Shown: piece by piece, positions 17,901 to 25,265 of the stretch
How positions within the stretch are numbered: the first letter of the stretch is position 1
Layout: each line of letters begins with the position of its first letter
Origin: Kiritimatiellia bacterium
GTDB taxonomy: Bacteria > Verrucomicrobiota > Kiritimatiellia > RFP12 > UBA1067
NCBI GenBank assembly: GCA_017403825.1
Contig: JAFRDO010000065.1
Coordinates: 6,438 to 70,437, forward strand
DNA length: 64,000 nucleotides
Direction: 5' to 3'
Translations under genes and position numbers: made by a program
The notes under the pieces: generated by a model
The model's input: only the letters and a program-made list of their open reading frames with translations
Database searches by the model: none
What the model was told of the DNA's origin: nothing

Positions 17901-18384
17901 GGAACGTGAGGTTGCTCGACCCAGTGATCCAGCGTATCGGCTCGATCACCCGCAGCTGTTCGTTCATCTCGAAGACATAGAGCTTGGCGTGGTTCGGCTC
18001 TTTCGTCTTCCTGATTGCAAGCCGCCCCTCTTCCATCATCTTGAGAAACGTCTCCATAGACTGCGCGCATCTCTCCCGGTCGAAGAGCCGCGACCTCGCG
18101 CTGTTGCGCAGCGAATTGAGGAACTGTTCCTGCGCAGTCGCACCGTCCCCTGCGCGAGCCAGCTCGTAGCCCATCTTGTCAACGTCCAGTCCCACAAGGA
18201 TACGAAGTTTCAAACTCGTGTTCTCGGAAATCGGTCCCATCAACGGCGGAATGCCGTTAAAGTAGAAGTAGCCCGAAAGGACGGACAGCGTCTCCGTCAC
18301 GGGAATCAAGTCCCGCAGCCGTGCGCTCATGCTCGCCGGCTCGGCCGGCTGCTCGTTGACATTGTTCTTGTTTGTTATGAACAT
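14956..18384 (-). CDS. Fusion protein: N-terminal PLD-family (HKD) nuclease domain + SNF2/SF2 helicase (DEAH) + helicase C-terminal domain
   Basis: ATG at 18384 with AGGAGAAAG upstream. HKD motif 'NHAKLYVFEMNE...ITGSSNLT'. Walker A/motif I 'IIADVVGLGKSVIG'. Motif II 'VVLVDEAHYFRN'. Helicase-C 'MIATDKMSEGYNLNRAGLVINYDIPWNPTRVIQRLGRINRIG'. Confidence 0.85.
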   Translation of the reverse strand: MFITNKNNVNEQPAEPASMSARLRDLIPVTETLSVLSGYFYFNGIPPLMGPISENTSLKLRILVGLDVDKMGYELARAGDGATAQEQFLNSLRNSARSRLFDRERCAQSMETFLKMMEEGRLAIRKTKEPNHAKLYVFEMNEQLRVIEPIRWITGSSNLTFPGLNSQNEFNVELSNFGGRDAKEYFEAQWAEAEEITDFAGMAEKIRRTVKDEGVHAEVTPYEAYAIVLKNYLEHRALVDETPKIDRAFAIPRDPFTGEPKYRPLMFQKDAVNQALSILNEYNGIIIADVVGLGKSVIGSVLGCVMDVRRGIVVAPPGLVGSETEKTGWCGYLDDFNMYGWRAMSRGKMDEVERYVQTHPDIDVVLVDEAHYFRNEGSIDYDYLWRICRGKKVVLMTATPFGNRPSDIYSLLKLFTVPKKSKLAPDGDLYARFAEFQSAYDDCDYVLKNVGLASPDDSGNLERYVRNRLRKLGFAGADDEPLDVAAAKKFAHAILEQTASSIRAIIEPVMIRRNRIDLRLDPQYRAEIGKNLPTVHPPIEQFYKLDREQSEFYDRVIDKYFGPRGNFKGAIYRPGLYASIANDDDEDRETLKTQQENMYKFIRRLLVHRFESSFGAFAKTIGNLIEIHEMVLKLAIKPTGNPGDGHRGIIILDRVMMEKFCDATLGDEIFETMLSDYEAAVSVEAVNKQIYRVEEDFSKEGYDAFIKDVKSDIALFRRVRREVEKLDLIANDPKARQLVTIVRKVLKGKANLATRRGEPKRKVLIFSEFADTVEHVTAYLEQAFPGRVCTVRSLSKDASRLIRRNFDGTVEKAAKRDDYDVMIATDKMSEGYNLNRAGLVINYDIPWNPTRVIQRLGRINRIGVKVFNDLYLYNYFPTDQGAQHYNIRTIAKNKVLMIHKTVGEDARIFDADESLEAAGLFERLGTNPEDSERATFLTECKVKWAEIEQKHPEVVKRIERLPNRVKTATTGPRAGTHLFTRKGLTLFAAFMGAEDKAPVYRLMKDALPEVTCPFDQPRLESFSEGFWDRYEKLASEVPVHEVKRTEGAQSLANKARPILMEAAANGVKREFAQKLLSDLQNRGTLPDHVLREIIKQGRRGLPALGGYLTSLEQSLGEKIAVAAPDCDNDGVIVSIDHVCSAG

Positions 18385-18404
18385 GACTTTCTCCTAACAC
18401 CCCA

Positions 18405-18433
18405 TTGACACGATGCCGTACATGATGTATTAT
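18405..18433 (+). promoter_or_regulatory. Sigma-70-type promoter for the vapBC operon (TTGACA, 17 nt spacer, TATTAT), likely giving a leaderless transcript
   Basis: TTGACA at 18405-18410. The 17 nt spacer is cgatgccgtacatgatg. TATTAT at 18428-18433. The antitoxin ATG lies only ~8 nt downstream at 18441. Confidence 0.55.
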
Positions 18434-18440
18434 ATTGCAC

Positions 18441-18698
18441 ATGAAAACTTTGGTAACAAAAGTGACTGAGCGTGGTCAAGTCTCGATTCCCGCCTCGATT
18501 CGCGAGTCCATGCAGATGATACCTGGAACGACCCTGTTGTGGAATCGCGGACAAGATAACTACACATGCGTGATAACGATTGTTCGCAAGCAACAGCGTA
18601 AAGGGGCAAAGGCCATGCTCGGCTACGCCTCCACATTCCGCAAACCGCGTACGACAGCGGAATGGATGGCAGAGATTCGCGAAGGAGAAGAGCGGTGA
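18441..18698 (+). CDS. vapB: AbrB/MazE/SpoVT-type antitoxin (VapB-like)
   Basis: MKTLVTKVTERGQVSIPASIRESMQM... carries the swapped-hairpin 'RGQVtIPa.iR' motif. Its stop overlaps the region just before the PIN gene start. Confidence 0.75.
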   Translation: MKTLVTKVTERGQVSIPASIRESMQMIPGTTLLWNRGQDNYTCVITIVRKQQRKGAKAMLGYASTFRKPRTTAEWMAEIREGEER

Positions 18699-18700
18699 GC

Positions 18701-19105
18701 ATGGTAGTGGATACGTGCGTCATACTCGACGTGCTTGATCGCGACCCCGTCTTCGGCGCCGCTTCGGCGGAAGCAATCGACAGGTACGCAGAGGGCGGGC
18801 TTCTCATTTCACCACTCACATACGTTGAACTCGCTCCTGCTTTCCTCGGTGATGAAACGCGAGAACGCGATTTTCTCTTTGAAATCGGAATAGACCTCCC
18901 GCCGACCTTCGGGGAGGACGATCTTTCGCTTGCACACGCCGCCTGGAACAACCATATCCAGCGCAAGCGTTCAGGCAAAGTCGCCAAACGCCCCGTCGCA
19001 GACGTGATGATAGGCGCGCTCGCACAGGCCACCAATGGACTCATCACACGCAATGCAGACGATTTCCGAGCACTCTTCCCGACTCTCAACATAGTCACTC
19101 CTTGA
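18701..19105 (+). CDS. vapC: PIN-domain toxin (VapC-like)
   Basis: ATG at 18701. MVVDTCVILDVLDRDP... has the conserved N-terminal Asp of PIN domains, and ...LITRNADDFRALFP is a typical VapC C-terminus. It lies immediately after vapB. Confidence 0.8.
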   Translation: MVVDTCVILDVLDRDPVFGAASAEAIDRYAEGGLLISPLTYVELAPAFLGDETRERDFLFEIGIDLPPTFGEDDLSLAHAAWNNHIQRKRSGKVAKRPVADVMIGALAQATNGLITRNADDFRALFPTLNIVTP

Positions 19106-19111
19106 CTTACC

Positions 19112-22100
19112 TTAGAATTCCTCTTCGAACTTCGGAGTCCGTTTTTTCTTTTGGGAGCCCTGCACGCGGGAGGGGCGCGATTTGCCGAGGGTGGTGCTAT
19201 CAGCAGCATTATGGGGAGGAGTGGAGAGAGGACTGCCTTCGATGACGGCGATTTCGTCTTTGGAGAGTCCGTAGAGGGTATAGACGAGGGCGTCGATTTC
19301 GCGCTCCAGGGCTGAGGTGTCGGCAGAGGGGTTGCGGCGCTTGGCGGAGAGAATGCGGTCAACGAGGGCGATCATTTGTGCCTGTTGCTTTGGAGAAGCA
19401 AAAGGAAAAACTGGTAAAGCATCTACCTCATAGCCGTTCACATTGGAGTTTGTACTAAACTTTGAAAAATAAAAATTCATGAGCCGACTGTTCAAAACAC
19501 CTAACAGAACACGAGCCTTTTTACCACCAATAGGAATATAGTTAGCCGAATTCGCACAATACACGCCCCGTGCCAGAGTCGCTTTGATGCGCCACTTCTC
19601 ATTTACACCAGTGATTCCCTGTAAAACTATCCGCTCACTATCCCGCAGCTTATGCATCGCCTCAAGATCTTTCAGTTTTTTCTCGTTTACAAAAAGATGT
19701 TCGCCCTGACTCATTATCGTCGGCAACGAGTACCGCGCAATGCCTGCCCCTCTTAACATTTTGGGGAACTTAGAGTTTTTAGAAAATGCTTCTCTGGCAA
19801 AGGTCATGTCCAATTCGCCTGTCGCACATCTACTTACAGTAGTCAGCCTTTGCGCCGCACCACGCACCTTGAAAAGCACACGATAGTCTATCTCCCCCGC
19901 TATTGGAAGACGTCCATATTCGGGATCAAGTTCAATCAATGATTTGCACGGCAAATGAAATGACTCACCATCATAATCAACATAACTATCAGTATTGATT
20001 CTTAACACCATGTCACCTTGTGGCCTTGCATTTAGGGCCAAAAAAATGCAGACGGACATTTTTGCAGCTTCAAACACTCGTTTAGCGGGATTGTCTCGTT
20101 CTGGGAATGCATCAAAAGATATTGCTTGATAATTTGAAAACACATATTTTCGCAACGACGCCGCACTTAAATCTCCTGCAAAAGCTAAAGGAAAAATCTC
20201 TGAAAACACACCTGCATCAGATAGCAATTTAAGACTTTTCTGAATAAATAGACGATAGATATTTATAGTTCCACGGCCTCTTGCCTCCGAGAACTCTGGC
20301 GAATTTTTATAATAGGACATCGTGTCTTCATCGACAACAATCGCCACGCCCTTGTTTTGCCGCTTATTTACCAATCCATACGGCGGGTTGCCGATGACAA
20401 TATCAAAGCCGTCCTTGACGTTGAACATCCATTCGGGGTCGAAGAACTCGGCATGGACGTTCTGGTTGTATGGGTCCCATGAGGCCATCAGCCGTGTCGA
20501 TTCCTCCGAATAGCCTACCTTCTTCGCCGCGACGGCAAGGCGCTTGCGAAGCCTCTTGTCCTCATGGCGGAGTTCGTTCTTCTCCTGCCGCGTCTTCGCA
20601 AGGAAATGCCTGTGCCGCACGTCCCAGAGCGCATCCTTCGTCTCCTGTATGTCGCCCGTCTCGAAGAACAGGTCTCGCTGCGCCTCCTTCTCCAGTCCGA
20701 TGAGCGAATTCGCCGCGACGAATTTCGTCTCAAGGTTCGGCAACGTGTTTATGCCGTAGTTCGGCTTCGTCTTGTCGGGCTTTTGCTCGCAGACGAGCGA
20801 GATGAACATGCGGAGTTTGGAAATCTGCACCGCTATCTCCTGAATGTCAGAGCCGAAGATGCAGTTCTCTATGAGGCTCAGTTTGAGTCCGTAGAGATTG
20901 GCGTCCTCGGGTAGCCCCTTCAGGATTCGCAGGAGTTCGGTCATTTTCAGCAGTTCCCCCATCGGGAATGCACCAGAGCCGCAGGCAGGGTCAAGAATCT
21001 TCGCCGCCTCAACTGCCGCGACAAGCCGTGCGCAAATGGCATCGTCGGACGGGCGAATGCCGTCCGCGACAAGCGCACGGACGGTCGCCTCGTCTGCCTT
21101 TGCCTTTTCTGTGAGATAGACGACAAGCGATTCGTCAACCATGTAGTTTACGATTTCGCGGGGCGTGTAGAATGAGCCCGTTGAATTCCGCACGACCACC
21201 TCAGTCTCGGGATTGTATGCACCCAGCAGGTTCTCGAACACCTTGCCGAGCAGTTCTGGGTCAAGCGCAACGTCCTCGTCGCCAGGCGAATTCTCCTCAA
21301 CCGTGAAATTGTATCGCTTGAGGAGAGGAATGATGCCGTAGTCTGGGTCAAAGAAAAGGTCGTTCGGCACGTGCGCCCATGTGAGCGTGCCGAGGTCGCG
21401 ATGATGTTCCTGCAACGAAAACCCGTCATAGTACATGACCTTGCCGTCGTCGCCCTCTTGGTCAAGGCACTCGAAGAGCCCGCCGTTCAGGAACGGAATC
21501 GGACGGAAGAGGTCAAGGACCGCCTCCTTTGAAATCGCAAACTCATCGGCATAGCGGTATGTTGTCTTGACGCCATGATGCCGCGACATCGCCTTCCCGC
21601 CTGCCTTCCGCCCACTCGGCGCGTCCGCAAATTTCCTGTCGCCGATTTCGGAGTTGAGAGTGGCAAAGAACAGGTTCTGGAGGATTGCGCGATAGTACTG
21701 GTGCTGCTTGCGTCCGACAGGATTGAAGTCCTTGAGAATTTTCCGCAGATAGTTCTCATCGAAGAGTTCGGCAGGCACAAGCCCCTTCTGCTTCAGGAAC
21801 CACACGAACATGAGGCGAGTGATAAGCCGCAGGAGATGCTTGCGGTTCTTGTCCTCGCGGTTGTCTGCGTCGGTGTCAAGCCCGTTCGGGTATTCGACGC
21901 GCCTGTCGTCGCAGGCACGCTCGTACCACGCAAAGAGCAGGTTGTAGAACTCCTTGGTGAGCTTCTCGACCGAAAATGCCTCCTTGATGCCTTTCAGCGT
22001 GCTCCAGCTCATGCACATGCGCTGGACGAACGTTGCATTGGCGTCGGGGTCGTTCGTCACATAGAAACTCTGGCGGCGGGCCTTGCTCCAGTTGAACTTC

Positions 22101-22510
22101 CCGTTCTCGGGGGTGGCGGTGACGAGGCTCACGCGGAAACGTCCCTTCGCATCGTGGAACACGAACACCCCTTGGGCGATCACGCCGTCGAGTTCCATCG
22201 GCGGCGTCGCGGCAAAATGCTCCAGCACCTTCTTCGCCAGCTTGAACTGACGGATACGGCTGGAGCGCTCGGTAAGGGCGGCGGAGAGCGGCACGTCTGC
22301 CACGAGGAGCGGAGCCGTAAGGCCGTTCTCGCCAGGGAGGTCCCTGACCACGCCCAGAACACTGACCTTCTCGTCGCTGACCGCCCGAAAGAAGTAATCC
22401 CGTCCCACCGACACAAATGCCGCAGGGGCACAGGCCAACTTCAAGATTCGCACGAAACCATCTGCCGTATAGTCCCCGATCAGTTCCCGAACCGCCTCTT
22501 TCGACACCAT
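19112..22510 (-). CDS. Large gamma-class N6-adenine DNA methyltransferase of Type IIG / Eco57I / BREX-PglX type (~1130 aa) with a C-terminal target-recognition region. No recognisable endonuclease domain.
   Basis: ATG at 22510; the track start at 22522 is TTG. Motif I 'ILDPACGSGAFPMGEL'. Motif IV 'DIVIGNPPYGLV'. The C-terminal ~430 aa (coordinates ~19112-20400) are markedly lower in GC (~43%) than the N-terminal part (~58%). Confidence 0.8.
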   Translation of the reverse strand: MVSKEAVRELIGDYTADGFVRILKLACAPAAFVSVGRDYFFRAVSDEKVSVLGVVRDLPGENGLTAPLLVADVPLSAALTERSSRIRQFKLAKKVLEHFAATPPMELDGVIAQGVFVFHDAKGRFRVSLVTATPENGKFNWSKARRQSFYVTNDPDANATFVQRMCMSWSTLKGIKEAFSVEKLTKEFYNLLFAWYERACDDRRVEYPNGLDTDADNREDKNRKHLLRLITRLMFVWFLKQKGLVPAELFDENYLRKILKDFNPVGRKQHQYYRAILQNLFFATLNSEIGDRKFADAPSGRKAGGKAMSRHHGVKTTYRYADEFAISKEAVLDLFRPIPFLNGGLFECLDQEGDDGKVMYYDGFSLQEHHRDLGTLTWAHVPNDLFFDPDYGIIPLLKRYNFTVEENSPGDEDVALDPELLGKVFENLLGAYNPETEVVVRNSTGSFYTPREIVNYMVDESLVVYLTEKAKADEATVRALVADGIRPSDDAICARLVAAVEAAKILDPACGSGAFPMGELLKMTELLRILKGLPEDANLYGLKLSLIENCIFGSDIQEIAVQISKLRMFISLVCEQKPDKTKPNYGINTLPNLETKFVAANSLIGLEKEAQRDLFFETGDIQETKDALWDVRHRHFLAKTRQEKNELRHEDKRLRKRLAVAAKKVGYSEESTRLMASWDPYNQNVHAEFFDPEWMFNVKDGFDIVIGNPPYGLVNKRQNKGVAIVVDEDTMSYYKNSPEFSEARGRGTINIYRLFIQKSLKLLSDAGVFSEIFPLAFAGDLSAASLRKYVFSNYQAISFDAFPERDNPAKRVFEAAKMSVCIFLALNARPQGDMVLRINTDSYVDYDGESFHLPCKSLIELDPEYGRLPIAGEIDYRVLFKVRGAAQRLTTVSRCATGELDMTFAREAFSKNSKFPKMLRGAGIARYSLPTIMSQGEHLFVNEKKLKDLEAMHKLRDSERIVLQGITGVNEKWRIKATLARGVYCANSANYIPIGGKKARVLLGVLNSRLMNFYFSKFSTNSNVNGYEVDALPVFPFASPKQQAQMIALVDRILSAKRRNPSADTSALEREIDALVYTLYGLSKDEIAVIEGSPLSTPPHNAADSTTLGKSRPSRVQGSQKKKRTPKFEEEF

Positions 22511-23211
22511 CTTGTCCACCAATTCCCGTCCGCGCTACCAAGTTTGACCCGCCGTGCCGCGCAGACAGAAAAAAGAAACGCGGCGTGCCTTCAGTCCAAT
22601 ATCCCGATTGAGGCACGACCAAGCGCCTTGTAGTGAATACGGAAAGAAAGCACGTCGCGTGTGCAACGCACACGCGACGCACCCCGCTTATCTCGCTCAC
22701 TACTTGAATGTTTGGTCGTTTTCAATCAGAGCTCGATACGCAAGTTGCGTAGCGTGACCTCCTTTGCGCTTTCCACCTTCGCGCGAGGCTACTGTGGACG
22801 AATTGCGCTACGGAGGTCGTGCCGGGTTCCTTTTGGGATTTCCCGGCTCCTCGTTCCGCCGTTCATTGCCGACACGGCATCTGCGAGGTTCTGCCAGTTG
22901 CGTCGCTTGCGCGGCGCTTCGGGCCGATGGCGGGCGTTGAATGCCACCCGCCGATGTCAAAGATCACCTGTCCCCCATTCAAGGAACAGCACAATTATAT
23001 CATAAAAAAAGTGGCTAGTGGGTAGGCGAAAAATGGCGGACGTGTCGTCTCCGCCTGTGGGTGAAATCCTAAGCCGATGAGCGCTGAAACACAGAGCCTC
23101 CATGACAAACAGCTCTTGGCGGCACGCTCCGACCACGTTCACCACGGCAAGTGGAGGTCCTCCTTGCTTCCGTTAGCCGCACATCCTGAATGAAAGTCGT
23201 TGTCTTCCCCT

Positions 23212-23267
23212 TCCTTGTCTTCCACTATATGTTACCACACCCAACCGTTTTCTGACAAGCAACTACG
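23212..23267. repeat. Right copy of the imperfect ~56 bp direct repeat (pairs with 14841..14896)
   Basis: See the left copy. It lies ~250 bp upstream of the rhamnosidase-like gene, in sense orientation. The left copy is antisense to its neighbouring gene, so the two copies are not a shared promoter. Confidence 0.7.
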
Positions 23268-23517
23268 TGGCGGGCGAGTTGTTCATGCAAAGTCATAGCG
23301 ACATGATTTCGTCATGGGTTAACCATTGCGACCGAAGAATCTCATCTCTAGCCCCTTGCGCCTGTAAACGAAACGCTCATTTCGTCAATGCTCGTTTCGG
23401 TTGCAAGCGATATCATTTACTCCCCAAGGCTGTCAAATGGACAGCGGGGGATATTCCCCTCGCGACGACCAAAGCTTGGGACTCCATGCTACGCCTGTTT
23501 TTGATATAATGTTCCGT

Positions 23518-25263
23518 ATGACGAATGTCACTATGCTCCCGTCGCTGCTAGCGTTCGCTGCGCTGGCGGCGTCCGCCTCATGCCCGGACGAGCCGAAGCG
23601 TACCGTAGCCGAGATACAGTTCCCGGAGCGGGTGTTCACGAACGCCGCAGGGCGCCTCTGCGCCGACTTCGGCAAGGACGCGTTCGGGTGGCTCGAGATA
23701 GATGCGCCGGCCGCCGGGCTCGACTACTTCCTCGCCATGGGCGAGCACCTGCTGGGCGACGGAACGCTGAACCGCATACCGCCGCCCTGCGTCCGTTGCG
23801 CCGGCATCAGGTGGCACACGGAAAAGGCCGGTTTCCAGCGCCTGCCCATGCCGCCGGACCTTCGCAACCTCTTTGCCGCGAAAGAAGGCGCGGCAATCGC
23901 CCTGCCGAAGGAGTTCGGCACCGTCATGCCGTTCAGGGCCGTGGAGATATACGACTGCGCGTTCCCGGTGACAAGGGAAACCATACGCCGCCATGTCGTC
24001 ACGTATCCGGCGGACCGCGCCGAATCGTCGTTCTCCTGCGACGACGCCCGCCTGACCGCAGTCTGGGACTTCTGCAAGCATTCCATGTTCGCGACATCGT
24101 TCGCCGGGCAGTTCGTCGACGGCGACCGCGAGCGGATACCCTACGAAGCCGACGCCTACGTGTCGCAGCTCAACTGGTATGCGGTCTCCTCAGACTACGC
24201 CTATCCGCGCCACTCGATCGAATATCTCTACACGCACCCGACGTGGCCGACGGAGTTCCGCCAGATCTCCATACTTAGCGCCCGGGCGGACTGGCTGTGG
24301 ACGGGCGACACGCGCTCGCTGGAACGCAATTACGACATGCTAAAGCGTGGCAAGCTCCTCATGTCGCACCGACGCGACGACGGCCTCCTAGTCAGCGGCG
24401 GCGAGCGCCGTCCCCATCCGCACATAACCAACAAGCTCGGGCTGGCCGACATCGTCGACTGGCCGATGTCCGAACGCGACAACTTCGAGTTCCGCGACGT
24501 GAACGCCGTCGTCAACGCTTTCCACTACCGCGACCTCGTGGCGATGTCGGAGATCGCATCGGTCCTTGGCAAGAACGATGACGCCGAGACGTTCAAGGCC
24601 CAGGCAAAGGAAACGTACGCGGCCTTCCAGCGCGTCTTCTTCGACGCCGGACGCGGACTTTACCGCGACGGCGAAGGCGCACAGCACTCTTCGCTGCATG
24701 CGAACGCCATCGCACTTGCGTTCGGCCTTGTGCCGGAAGACCGCGTCGGCAAGGTCGCGGACTGGGTGGAGTCCCGCGGCATGGCCTGCAGCGTGTACTT
24801 CTCGCAGTATCTCCTTGAGGCGCTGTACCGCACGGGACGCAACAAGGCGGCCCTGCGTCTTCTGACGGCGGAGAACGACCGGAGCTGGATCGGCATGATG
24901 AGGCAGGGCGCGACCATAACGATGGAGGCGTGGAACAGCCGTGTGAAGCCCAACCTGGACTGGAACCATGCGTGGGGCGCGACGCCTCTCAACGCAATCT
25001 CCCGATTCCTGCTGGGCGTCACGCCTCTCGAGCCTGGCTTCAAGAAGATCGCCATACGTCCGCAGACGGGCGGTCTCAAGCACGTATCCGCCACCGTGCC
25101 TACGTGCGCCGGACCCGTTACCCTGAAGATTTCGCAGGACGCGCTGGAGTTCAGTTCGCCCGCGCCGACGGAGGCGACCTTCGCCGGCATCACGCGCACC
25201 TTTCCGCCCGGACAGCATCAGATGAAGGCCCCGGGCGACAAAAAAATAAAAAAGAGGAAATGA
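23518..25263 (+). CDS. GH78-related six-hairpin glycosidase (alpha-L-rhamnosidase-like catalytic + C-terminal domains), lipoprotein
   Basis: ATG at 23518 with TATAAT at 23505-23510. MTNVTMLPSLLAFAALAASASC is a lipoprotein signal. The C-terminal 'NHAWGATPLNAISRFLLGVTPLEPGFKKIAIRPQTGGLKHVSATVPTCAGPVTLKI' matches the conserved GH78 C-terminal block. Confidence 0.6.
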   Translation: MTNVTMLPSLLAFAALAASASCPDEPKRTVAEIQFPERVFTNAAGRLCADFGKDAFGWLEIDAPAAGLDYFLAMGEHLLGDGTLNRIPPPCVRCAGIRWHTEKAGFQRLPMPPDLRNLFAAKEGAAIALPKEFGTVMPFRAVEIYDCAFPVTRETIRRHVVTYPADRAESSFSCDDARLTAVWDFCKHSMFATSFAGQFVDGDRERIPYEADAYVSQLNWYAVSSDYAYPRHSIEYLYTHPTWPTEFRQISILSARADWLWTGDTRSLERNYDMLKRGKLLMSHRRDDGLLVSGGERRPHPHITNKLGLADIVDWPMSERDNFEFRDVNAVVNAFHYRDLVAMSEIASVLGKNDDAETFKAQAKETYAAFQRVFFDAGRGLYRDGEGAQHSSLHANAIALAFGLVPEDRVGKVADWVESRGMACSVYFSQYLLEALYRTGRNKAALRLLTAENDRSWIGMMRQGATITMEAWNSRVKPNLDWNHAWGATPLNAISRFLLGVTPLEPGFKKIAIRPQTGGLKHVSATVPTCAGPVTLKISQDALEFSSPAPTEATFAGITRTFPPGQHQMKAPGDKKIKKRK

Positions 25264-25265
25264 CA

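Larger units (their letters stand above)
14841..23267. other. ~8.4 kb repeat-bracketed defence module (PLD-SNF2 helicase / VapBC / Type IIG-like methyltransferase). It lies inside a wider ~10 kb compositionally atypical segment (13.07-23.3 kb).
   Basis: It has flanking 75%-identical 56-bp direct repeats, defence-type gene content, internal low-GC stretches, and ~700 bp of non-coding DNA (22523-23211) at its right end. No integrase is present. Confidence 0.55.

Noticed and set aside
23267-23509. An 80-aa ORF immediately after the right direct repeat.
   Set aside because: It has no RBS and odd composition. It overlaps the promoter and signal-peptide region of the well-supported rhamnosidase-like gene that starts at 23518.
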